Below are positions 13,422 to 25,858 of a DNA stretch of 64,000 nucleotides, one piece after another. The notes under the pieces were generated by a model. That model saw only the letters and a program-made list of their open reading frames with translations. It was not told where the DNA came from and did no database searches. The DNA lies in contig NC_043002.1 of the NCBI RefSeq assembly GCF_006345805.1, positions 120,032,001 through 120,096,000 on the forward strand, written 5' to 3'. Position numbers and translations under genes: made by a program. Within the stretch, counting starts at the first letter, position 1. The number at the start of each line of letters is the position of its first letter. The stretch comes from Octopus sinensis. Its lineage: Eukaryota.

Positions 13422-13497
13422 TTCTTCTTCTTCTTCTTCTTCTTCTTCTTCTTCTTCTTCTTCTTCTTCTTCTTCTTCTTCTTCTTCTCTTCTTCTT

Positions 13498-13531
<34 letters not shown>

Positions 13532-13639
13532 CTCTTCTTCTGCTACTATTACTACTACTACTACTTCTTCTTCTTCTTCTTCTTCTACTACTACTTCTAT
13601 TTCTTCTTCTGCTACTACTACTAGTACTACTACTACTAC

Positions 13640-13670
<31 letters not shown>

Positions 13671-13920
13671 ACTACTACTTCTATTTCTTCTTCTGCTACT
13701 ACTACTAGTACTACTACTACTACTACTTCTTCTTCTTCTACTACTACTTCTTCTTCTACTACTACTTCTTCTTCTACTACTACTTCTTCTTCTACTACTA
13801 CTACTTCTTGTTCTACTACTACTACTACTTCTACTACTACTACTACTATTACTACTACTACTACTACTACTTCTTCTACAACTACTACTATTACTACTAC
13901 TACTACTTCTTCTACTACTG

Positions 13921-13968
<48 letters not shown>

Positions 13969-14111
13969 TTACTACTACTACTATACTACTACTACTACTA
14001 CTACTACCTCTTCTCCTTCTTCTACTACTACTTCTTCTTCTACTACTGCTACTTCTACTACTACTACTACTTCTACTACTACTACTACCTCTTCTACTTC
14101 TTCTTCTTCTA
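13422..14111. repeat. ~690-bp compound (TTC)n/(CTA)n trinucleotide array
   Basis: Directly visible; generates spurious ORFs of 318 and 261 aa. Confidence 0.95.
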
Positions 14112-14885
14112 CAAGAAGAGTTGACAATTTTGCATAGTAACCCTCTCCTAAAGTTATCACTCCAAGTGTGATGAGTCCTAAGGCTCGAGGTCACAAATAT
14201 TGCTACGGTCGTTGACATCTCGTCTCAGTCGCTTTTTGCCGTTTAGTATCAGCACGTAATGCGAGCGGCAGAAACGAGTAGCATGCTTTGGTTGATATCT
14301 CCAAGGAAATGAAGGCTCTAATATTTTCTGTAAACTACAAGGCTATCCCAGAATTGTACTGCAATGCATAGTCTGAGAAAAAGGCAAACTGGTTGTATAG
14401 AAGTAAGAATCACTTCATTATTCTTTTTAGAAAAAATAGGAAATGTAGGAGAGAAAAAGGTAGGAAGCAGGTGAGGCAAGATTAAGAATAGGAAAATAAT
14501 AAGAGAGGAGCATGTGAGGGCATAATCCAGTTTTTTATACAAGACAACGTTACGTTATAACATTATTATCTTTTACTTTTATTTTTTTCTAATTTCAAAT
14601 ATTTAAAATTCATATTTCTTTTGCGGACTTGGTGCTTGATAGCAAAAAGTAAATTCTGGGTTGTAACAAATATTATGCCATAGATATTTGTATGAGGAAT
14701 ATAAACCTTAAATATTTCACAGAGAATAATCAATAATCACTGACCTAAATTACTTATAGACGAATCCAGAAACATAGGTGGCAGAACATATGGACAATTT
14801 GTTTCTGTAGTACCTTATTCTACACCTAATTTTAATATTCACCCCTTTTCGTTGAAACCACGGAAGAAAAATCATATACATGCAT

Positions 14886-15219
14886 ACTCTTTACTCTTTA
14901 CTCTTTTACTTGTTTCAGTCATTTGACTGCGGCCATGCTGGAGCACCGCCTTTAGTCGAGCAAATCGACCCCAGGACTTATTCTTTTCGTAAGCCCAGTA
15001 CTTATTCTATCGGTCTCTTTTGCCGAACCGCTAAGTGACGGGGACGTAAACACACCAGCATCTGTTGTCAAGCAATGCTAGGGGGACCAACACACACAAA
15101 CATACACACATACACATATACATATATACGACAGGCTTCTTTCAGTTTCCGTCGGGACTGAACCCGGAACCATGTGGTTGGTTAGCAAGCTACTTACCAC
15201 ACAGCCACTCCTGCGCCTA
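14886..15219 (-). mobile_element. SINE family B (internal deletion)
   Basis: Matches the other copies but lacks the CORE-like segment. Confidence 0.9.
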
Positions 15220-16403
15220 TGCATGTATGTATATACAAAAATACATATACATAAACTCAATAACTCGACAGAACGTTGGACTGTGTGTTACAGCGGCGAT
15301 GTAAGTGAAGAGGACAATGTAAATCACATGCAATTTCATTAGCATTCCTTTTTTTTTTAATTACACAAATTCCAATGACGGTAAAAGTATTACAAGATGC
15401 ACAAATATAATATTGTCAACAAAATAAAGGATTAGTAAAAATCGTTTGTCTTGGGTCTTCGAATCCATTAGGAGCATATGGATAATACGTATAAAGTAAT
15501 AAGGGTAAATGCAGATGGTTACAAACTTACCCACAGATATATATGTATATAGCAGCATGATTAGATTCTATTGTCAAAACATAGGTTACGCACCCTGTGA
15601 AAGAATTTTTTTATTATATCTTTATGCTAACCAATAAGTCAACATTGGAATTGACTGCGAAGACTGCATAAATCTCTGTTGTTTCACCTGAAGCGATAAA
15701 TTACAGGTCTCAGTACAAATTACAGAACGAGCGCCTTAAATCAAAGATGCGGCGTGACCTTTGTTTGAGCGAAAAACAAACAATTTTGACTGAAAGCACC
15801 AATAGTCGCAACAAAAGAAATAAACGGTTAACGTCTTTTGGGCACGTGCCCAAGTATCAAACCTCTTTGAATTACATTTTGGTTCAGAGAAAAAAAAATA
15901 CTTTGGTTTTCAAAATGTTTAATTAATAGATTTTCATATACGCTTTAATGTGTTGGTGCGCGTCTATATTTCTATCTGTCCCAGCATAATATTCACAACT
16001 ACCTTTCCAACTAGTCACTATACATCCACCCTAACCCCTCTTTCTTCCTCTCACCTTTTCTTTATTCTTCACAACTTTATACGATTCCTCATTCCCAAAT
16101 ATTTGATCTCTTCCTTCAATTTTCTACCATTTTATTTCTTCAAGCATTGTTTCTTACTTATTTTTATATACTCTTTTCAAATTACTTCTTAGGTGAGTTT
16201 AGTTGGGATTCTCAAACGAAAATGTAACCTTCATAAGCTTAAAATGTCGTCATCCTAATGAGTACGCCTCATTGAGTAAATATTACATCAGAGAATCTAC
16301 TAGTTGCGAAACATATGTAGTCTGAATTTTACCTAATCCACTTCCTCAATTTGAATATATATATATATATATATATACAAAGATAACTATACATAAACAT
16401 ATG

Positions 16404-16800
16404 TAGGCGCAGGAGTGGCTGTGTAGTAAGTAGCTTGCTAACCAACCACATGGTTCCGGGTTCAGTCCCACTGCGTGGCACCTTGGGCAAGTGTCTTCTG
16501 CTATAGCCCCGGGCCGACCAATGCCTTGTGAGTGGATTTGGTAGACGGAAACTGAAAGAAGCCTGTCGTATATATGTATATATATATATATGTGTGTGTA
16601 TATGTGTGTGTTTGTCCCCCTAGCATTGCTTGACAACCGATGCTGGTGTGTTTACGTCCCCGTCACTTAGCGGTTCGGCAAAAGAGACCGATAGAATAAG
16701 TACTGGACTTACAAAGTATAAGTCCCGGGGTCGATTTGCTCGACTAAAGGCGGTGCTCCAGCATGGCCGCAGTCAAATGACTGAAACAAGTAAAAGAGAG
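16404..16800 (+). mobile_element. SINE family B, full length
   Basis: TAGGCGCAGGAGTGGCTG...GGCCGCAGTCAAATGACTGAAACAAGTAAAAGAG. Confidence 0.92.
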
Positions 16801-17127
16801 ATATAAATGTATATGTATTTACTTATACACACACACACACACATATATATATATAGGTACATTCATACATACAAGCATACATACATATACACATAACTAT
16901 AGGAAATCTTCTTTCGGTTCCTTCTACCACAGCTACTCATAGGGGTTTGGTCGGCCCTGGGTTATAATAGAGGACACTTGCTCTAAGACCCTATTTATAC
17001 CTGTACATATATGTGTGCGTGTTATATTTCACTTGTTTTAGGGATAAGACACACACACATACACATACATGCACATTCACACACACACATATATATGTGC
17101 GTGTAATATATATATATATATATATAT

Positions 17128-17201
<74 letters not shown>

Positions 17202-17718
17202 TAAGAAGGGATTCTATCACTTTCCCTCTAGCAAATCCATTCACAAGGCCTATATACAGTGACGTTGGTGTATGTACATGCATGTATGTACATGTATATA
17301 TATATATGAGTGTGTATATGTATCAATATATATGTATATATAAATATATGTATATGTTTGTATTGGTGAGTGTGTGTATTAGAAATAAAGACAAGGGGTC
17401 GAAGAACGCGATTTCTCTTAAAATTCCAAGGGGAACAACGACGACTATTATTATTACTGCTTCTAGTTATTCGACGGTCACAGCCACTCCAAACAAAACA
17501 AGTCTTGACCACACGATTCGATTTACAAAGACCGATAGTACTAATTTGCAGTCACAGTCAGTTGAACATGTCATGCTACCAGAACCATAGGATATTATCA
17601 CGTGTTCTTACAGGAAAAAGGAAAGTAAACTCTGAATGTTAATCTTAATCGAAATTTCAAAAACCGAAATATGTAAAAGGAAAATAAAAATGTACCCAAA
17701 AGTAGCATTTTGGTTCTT

Positions 17719-17940
<222 letters not shown>

Positions 17941-19124
17941 ATTGCGTTATCCTTTACTCGGAAAAAGAAGAGTTAATATAGAATTTATAAATGTTACGTG
18001 GGCGGTAATAGTTTGAAGACAAAAAAGTTTAATATTTAATTTCATATATATTCATGTGTGATTGTGTGCCTGTGTGGTGGGAGTGAGAGTGTGTGTAATT
18101 TATTAAAAAAAGGTAATTTTTTAGTAGAAATTTAGTTTCATTTTTATTAAAATACCGACGACTTGGAAACAAAACATCTGATTACAGTTCCCCTGCATTT
18201 AGCATCTCCGATTGTCACTCTCTCCCACTTCGTTTCTTGATTTAGCCTCTATCGCTCAGTGCGATCGATTCATTGCATTTTATTTATATATAAGATAAGA
18301 TAATTAAGCTTAATGAGTTTTCAAGTACAAACGGCAAACAGCGTAGTCAAGCAAAGACGCTGCAATAGAAGAGAAATGCTGTTGAATAGTTTACAAAATT
18401 ATTTCAGTAGGCATTATGAGATAACTACAAAACATTAGCAGAACGACTCCAGCTCGTGTCGAATGATTTTAGTAAGTATAAATCTTATAAATTGGAACAA
18501 ATTCAAGTTTCAAATGCTAAAGTGTTACTCACAAAAAGAAAAAATATATATATAATATATGTGTGAGTGTGTGTGTGTGTGTGTGCGTATAGACACACAC
18601 ACACACGCACAAAAAGAAACGTAGCTTATTATATATGTTGATTACGACAAGAACGAAGGAAATAAAAAAGCATGAGGTCGAAGTTGTCGTTTGGCACGTG
18701 TCATTCTCAACGATTTTTATAGGAAAGGAACATAAGGTTAAGCGATTCCTTCAATCTTTCATTTCGCATTTCCCCCCCAAAAAATAAAAACAAAACAAAG
18801 AAAGTAACAGACTGGATATTCAAAGAATACCAGTTTCGATTTACCTGCTGAAGCACGGAAACGACTAATTCACACTACAAGATTTCGACGCCTTTCACTT
18901 ATAAATGCATTATATATCATTTACTTGTTTCAGTCGTTAGACAAAGACTATGCTGAGACCCCGTCTTGAAATATTTTTAGTCGAATGAATCGAGCCCAGT
19001 ACCATTTCGAACATGTTCGTTTTGCCGAAACACTAGTTTACGGGAACCATCACAGATTACCAAGTGATGTATGTGTAGGGGGAGCAAACACACACACACG
19101 TACATACACATATATATATATATA

Positions 19125-19232
<108 letters not shown>

Positions 19233-19415
19233 GATCGTTAGTCACTACACACATTTTTTTCTCTCCTTGTTTTCTTTTTTCTGTGTCCCTTTCTGTAGAA
19301 AAGCGTAGGCTCGAAACGTAAAATAATTTTTCTCTTCCTGAACGTTATACTAATGCATCTGTTTGTTTTGTACACCACCTGTCTTCGTCTTTTGTTTTTT
19401 TCGTAACTCTCCCTA
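19233..19415 (+). mobile_element. ~180-bp dispersed repeat with a hammerhead-like core (Penelope pLTR-like)
   Basis: Paralogues at 20003-20183 and 47740-47945; GAAAAGCGTAGGCTCGAAAC motif; all copies are flanked by (TA)n. Confidence 0.65.
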
Positions 19416-19418
19416 TAC

Positions 19419-19474
<56 letters not shown>

Positions 19475-19731
19475 ATATATAATATATATATATATACTTG
19501 TTTTAGTTTCCGTCTAACAAATCCAATGATAAAGCTTTCATCGCTCCGAGGCTATAGTTGAAGACATCCACCAACGGTGTCACGCAGTGAGAATGAACGC
19601 AGTACCATATGGCAGTGATGCATCTGCCTGGTGTAACTTTATCGGACGTGTAGTCATGATGGGTATACTGGATTTCGCATATTTCTACTGCAGAGTCATT
19701 ATGATGACATGCACTGCCCTTTCACTCACTA

Positions 19732-19764
<33 letters not shown>

Positions 19765-20002
19765 ATAAATGACAAGATTGTAATATTGCGTACATGAATG
19801 TAACTTCCTGTCTTCTGTTTCTCTATGTGTGTATGTATGCAAGTGTGTTTATAAATGTAAGTGTATCGTTCTCCTTCCCGCCACGTAATTTAGTGAACTA
19901 GGTATATATTAGCCGAAGCTCCAACATGCCCATAGTCCAGTGACTGAAACATGGAAAATAATGGGGTGGATAAATGCAATGTAGAATGCAATATACATAT
20001 AT

Positions 20003-20178
20003 AGATCACTAGCCACTACACATTCTTTATTTTCTCTCCTTGTTTCTTTCTGTGTTCCTTTCTGTGGGAGAGCGTATGCTCGAAACGTTAAAGACTTTTT
20101 CACTTTCCGAGCTTTATACTAATATATCTGTTTGTTGTCTACACCACCTGTCTTCGTCTCTTTTTTTGTGAATTCAGC

Positions 20179-20183
<5 letters not shown>
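20003..20183 (+). mobile_element. Second copy of the ~180-bp Penelope pLTR-like repeat
   Basis: Aligns with 19233-19415. Confidence 0.65.
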
Positions 20184-20214
<31 letters not shown>

Positions 20215-20287
20215 ATATTATATATAAACACACGAAGACAGATGTGGCGCTGAAGAGATGACAGATGTGTGACGAAACATTTCCGAA

Positions 20288-22410
20288 TGAAGTACATTTT
20301 AGTACCGGTTTCCGCCATTTTAGACGTTTTCACCTCAGAGTAAAATAAAAAAAAGACAATTCAATTGGAGAAAAAAAATTAAGTGAAATCTTTTGTAGAT
20401 ATCTTCATAGTCTTTGAATAGGTAAATGTTTCCATAGTTTTCAGGCAGTCTGTCTCCCTCTCTATGTCTTTGTGAATGCCTGGTTGGTAGGTAGGTAGGT
20501 AGGCATGTAGGAAGGTATGTAAGTAGGTAGGTAGGTATGTAGGTATGTAAGTAGGTAGGTAGGTAGTAGTAAATTAGAAGGAATAGTTTGGATACAGACA
20601 GTTGACGGTTTAAGCAGGAGCAATCCAATTCTGGCTAGAGAATTACTCCAATGAACTCCCACACCGCATCAAAAAAGAATTCGCAACAGAAGGGCTAAAA
20701 TTCATCTTGGAGAGTAATTTCTTCGTATTTAATGAGAACTTCTAACGACATAAATCGGGACATATATTTACTAATAGCCCGCGAACTCAAAGCAATATCT
20801 TCCATTCAACTCTTGTCATCCCAGATACACTAGAATGAATATCCCTTACAACCTGGCAAAAAGTATTTATACTATAGTATCTAATAGAAGTACCAGAGAC
20901 ACACGACTACACAAACTAAAGGGTACATCATCATCATCATCGTAGTCGAGACAATGGAATTTACTATGCTACGCCAGACTTCACGGTCCATCATAGCATT
21001 ACGGAGGTCCTGTTGCTGGATGCCTGTATCCCTGGAGATTACATCAGGGTAGGAGAGTGTGCGCCCTCTGGTATCGCGAGTAGATGGCTTCCAGAGGAGA
21101 AGAGTAGAAATTGCCTCGTTTTCAGCTCTACAACAATGTCCAGCAAACATAAGTGTATTAAAGCAGGAACTACTCACAATCACTAATTGATATAGGCTTT
21201 CAATGAGTCCTACAACTCAGCATCCACGAACTCAAACTTCACAAACTACAGAAAGATTTACAGCCAAAAGCACCACCATACATATCTACGCACAAACCCC
21301 TCAACAATGAGGCCTTCGACACCATCCTCCAGAACATTCCTATACTAAAAAGGGAGCATAGAAATCCTCCAAAAACACCCCATTATAAAGAGCGAAAGAC
21401 AATCCTGTGTTAGCAGATAATGAAAATTCTTCCAACACAGGCCCAAGTACACTCGTCGACTACATCGAAATCGTCAGTAAAAGAATGCGGAAGACCTAAC
21501 TGTGGTATTTGTGTCAACCTAATTGAGGGATCGGAATTCTCTTTCAAACAGGGTCAACATTTCACAATGGAAAACAACTTCACATGTGCATCGGAAAACC
21601 TAATATATGTATTAACTTGCTCAAGGTGTCAAGAACGATATATTGGTCGAACTAAAAACAGTTTACGTCAGAGGATGACAGTACATAGTTACCAAATTAA
21701 AATAGGAGGATACAGAAAAATAGGATTAAGCGAGAACATCGGTATTTTTTCGACTAATGAACAACCCAACTTCAGAATTTTTCGCCTCTATAAATGAAGG
21801 GACAATGCAACTTATAGTCAGCGCAATTGCAAAAAAATCATACTTTATCACAAAAGATAAACCTCTATTGAATTCCGCCACCACAGATAGAACTACAGCA
21901 AGAATTAGAACGTTCCTACCACTACCGCTACGACCACAACTGGTCACTTTTAGGTTATTTGACCATTAGAGAAGATTCCACGAACAATTTACTGCGGCAC
22001 ATTTTACTCCTACATTTTTCTTTTCTTTTCTTTCTCCTTCTCCTTCCTCTTTTCCTACCCCAACTTCTCCTCCTCCTTCATCTTCTCCTTCAACTCCTCT
22101 TCCTCATCCTTCTCTTTCTCCCACATTTCTCCTCCCTCAGCTGTTCCTGCTAAAACTCTTAATATCTGTACCAAAACTGTTCCTTCAAATTTACTACTAC
22201 TACCTACCTACCTACCTAGCAATCAGGAATTCTCAAAGACATAGAGAGTGTGACAGACTGCCTGAAAACTATGGAAATATTTATCTATTCAAAGACTATG
22301 AAAATATCTACAAAACCTTTTAATTTTTCTCTCCAATTTAACTGTCTTTCATATTTTACTTGTAGTTGAAAAAGTCTAAAATGACGAGACCCGGTACTAA
22401 AATGTTCTTC
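20288..22410 (+). mobile_element. Degenerate Penelope-like element (Neptune-like) with an inverted upstream pseudo-LTR
   Basis: RT remnants (AIQFWLE..., KQYLPFNSCHPRYTRMNIPYNLA), Cys linker CGRPNCGIC and GIY-YIG NLIYVLTCSRCQERYIGRT...LRQRM (ORF 21420-21797). 20288-20600 is an inverted copy of the 3' end at 22165-22410. Confidence 0.85.
20925..21150 (-). mobile_element. RTE-type LINE 3' fragment nested in the Penelope element
   Basis: FAGHCCRA...LLLWKP...RGR...DREVWRSIV followed by a (GAT)n tail. Confidence 0.8.
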
Positions 22411-22543
22411 ATGATGAAATTATTTTAGCCTTTTCTACCTTGTCTTATTTTCCTTATACATATCAACTCGTGTGTTACTTTCTTACCTTCTACACACACG
22501 AACACACACACATATGTATGTAGGCATATATATATATATATAT

Positions 22544-22610
<67 letters not shown>

Positions 22611-22617
22611 TCTACAT

Positions 22618-22667
<50 letters not shown>

Positions 22668-23533
22668 GCTTATGGGGAGAGAATGACAATAATCATGTTC
22701 TTAACTCGATAACTCTATACAACACAATTAGATCTTGTGTCTTATCATCTCGGTCAACTCTGAAGCAACGTATACTTACTGATTTTATTCTGAGATATAA
22801 TGTATACATCTACAAAACAGCGTCTGTTTATCGATCCTAGTTAAGTGGCTGAAGATGTTTCTCTTTGCTTAGTATACAATTTCCCTGCCAGCTGACAGAC
22901 GTGCAATAACTATGTCAATCTATCCAAGCTAATATAGATATTTGGAAGTAATTTTCTACACTAGTCGCTCAATTACATTCACAATTTAGCGTATCTCATG
23001 AGTGTCTGGTCAACATCAGTACATATTTCATTCCCTCTATATATTTATTTTCCTTGTAATGAAGCTTTTAACACGTCCAACTCCTCAGTCTTGACCCATA
23101 ACCTGGTATTTTGCGTCTTGTTAGAATATGAAAGGTAACTTCTCCATCGTGGAATATTCTGTATATGTGATGATTAATAAGTTTGCAGTGGTTTGAAAAA
23201 TAAGTTGGAGATGAATTGTTTTGTCTGCAAAATCGATGTTGAGTAATTTTTCTGAAGGAATCGAAACACACTCTCAATGCACATAATAATTACTTCAGAT
23301 ATCTCGCGAAAGCTATGCAGTATGTATCAGTTATATATTTAGCACTACTTTACTGCAAGTATTTAAGTAATCCCTTCACTCACATACACACATGCACCCA
23401 CACACAAACTCACAGTCGCTCACATAAATGTGTGCATATATATATATATGGAGAGAGAAAAAGAGCATTGATAAAGAGAGATAAAGGAAAAATGTGAGAG
23501 AAAGTCAAAGAGAATGTAAATACATACATATAT

Positions 23534-23595
<62 letters not shown>

Positions 23596-25858
23596 ATGTA
23601 TACAATGCATATATATATATATGTATGGATGTGTATATACACATATATATATATGTATATCTATGCACATATGCATGTACATGTATATATATATATATAT
23701 ATATAATATATCTGTGTGTATGTGTGTGTGTTTGTCTGCATTTCTGTATGTCTGTATGGAGGGGAGCGACAATGTGTTAAGTTCAAAACAAAGTTTACTG
23801 TGTGAACTGTAGATATGATTACATATATATAATCGATTCATAATTGATTACTATTCAATTGTCTAAAACGGTAGTCGACAACTTCTTGGAAGAGATTTAT
23901 ATACAAAACGCGACCGTCTTTAATTAAATTATACTCATTATTTTATCTTCCACAATATCTATTAAACAACAAATTTATTTTATTCGTAACTGAAATTCAT
24001 TAGTGATGTTACTCAGGAAAAGTTAAAAAGCGTGAAACAACGATTACTTATCTCCTCATTTCAGTCACAAATAAATTACTGAAAATTATATTAGCATTCA
24101 ACTTTATCATCAACTTCGACTGTTAATCTTAACTTCGTAATTCTATTTACAACGAGAAAAAGATATTAGGGACTGAAATAAACAAGGAAGTGGTGTCATG
24201 GATGTCTCTCAATACAACTATAGACGTTTAAAATATCTTGGTGTTAGAGATTACGGAAAAGACAAGAAAAATCTTATCCGTTTAATTAAATGTTCTGCGA
24301 AGTCTAGGCTTTACCAATATATCATGTGTTCTACTCTTTGCGAAAACATTCGATTAGAAAACACAAGAATTTTATTCTATTTACGATTAAGGTGCTTGCG
24401 GGCAAAGAATAAAGTTATCTGAATGAAATTGGGTGAGCAAAGGATTGGCCACTGATAGAAAAAAAAAATTAAAGATCGAAGGATAGAGCCATTGTTGTAA
24501 CATATACTCAATAACCACACTGTTTGATCTATTCTCAGCTGAAGTTATATATTAGTAATAGGAAAATGAAGTCATGTTACAAGTGGGTGTTTAAAAACTA
24601 AATACCTGTATGCCATATTATTTTATAGAATTGGAACCATTCTGAAACTTTAAATAGTGCAATCAACAAACTAACAGCAAATGAGTGAAGCAACAGCTCC
24701 TCTACACGTCGGAGTAGGCCTCGAAAGTATATAATGGTAGAAGCCATTAAAAGTATTACACATGTGATTTTTTAATTCTTTGTGTTTCAGAAGTTCTACT
24801 TCATAAATGGAACCAGGTGTGCGGAGCAGTTAAAATATATTCTTATTTAGATTTTAAAATCCTGAAATATCAAACTCTGTAATAGTCAGTACAACATTAA
24901 TAAGCAACTATAAAGACTTTTTCACATTTCTAAAATCTATGAGTTTCGAAATCTTGATAAAGCACAAAGATCTCTTGCGTGTAAAAATATGCTGCAAAAA
25001 TATTTTAGTTCCCATAATTATTGAACGAAATATAAAAATAAAAATGTTCCTACAATGCTTAAATATATAAAAGTGAAAACATAAATGGAAAAACGCTTAC
25101 AAACATGAACACATACTGACGCACAATATACATGATCGTTAATCCAACGAAAGATATTATTCTGAAAAGCCCACGAGGGGAAAAGGAACTTGTTTTATTA
25201 GACACAGGACTTTGTACAAAAATTGTATGTATGTATGTATGTACGTATGTATGCATATATGTATGTATCTATCTATCTGTCTATCTCTCTCACTATACAT
25301 ATATATAATAGACACTCACGTACATATACACACACGCACATACACACACACACGCATATAAATATATACATACTAGCATTGTGACCCGTCGTTGCCGGGT
25401 CATAGTGCTAGTGCATGTATATATGTGTATATATATGTGTACATATTACATGTACATCTATATATACATCTACACATAAAATACAAAATACAAAGTTATA
25501 TCTTGATATCGCTAGTGATAGCAATACTCAAAATATATAACAGACTGGAATTGTAAGCCCGTCTCTTACAATTTCGATCAATTGCATCTTGTCCTCCCTC
25601 TTGTATAGAAGTGTGGCTACAATCCAGCCTACCTCAACTTCGGAGGGGGGGGGCATTTTAAATTTTTATCCGGCACGTCCTACGTCCCAGATATAAAGGT
25701 AAAAATAAAATATTTCCACTTTGCAAGTTCGAGTCGAGTACTCCCTTGCACGCTCCGTTGACTCGAAACTTGCTTCTATTGTGACGAATTTACCTCCTCT
25801 GGTTAGATATCTTTCATAGTCGCACGAAGGCACTTTTCGATGGTGCTTTGCTCCAGGT

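Noticed and set aside
13262-14218. 318-aa and 261-aa ORFs
   Set aside because: They are translations of a trinucleotide array, open on both strands, with no recognisable domain.
15529-15594. Possible small minus-strand exon (TTTCACAG...GG/GTAAGT)
   Set aside because: Splice-like signals alone are insufficient and the peptide is not recognisable.
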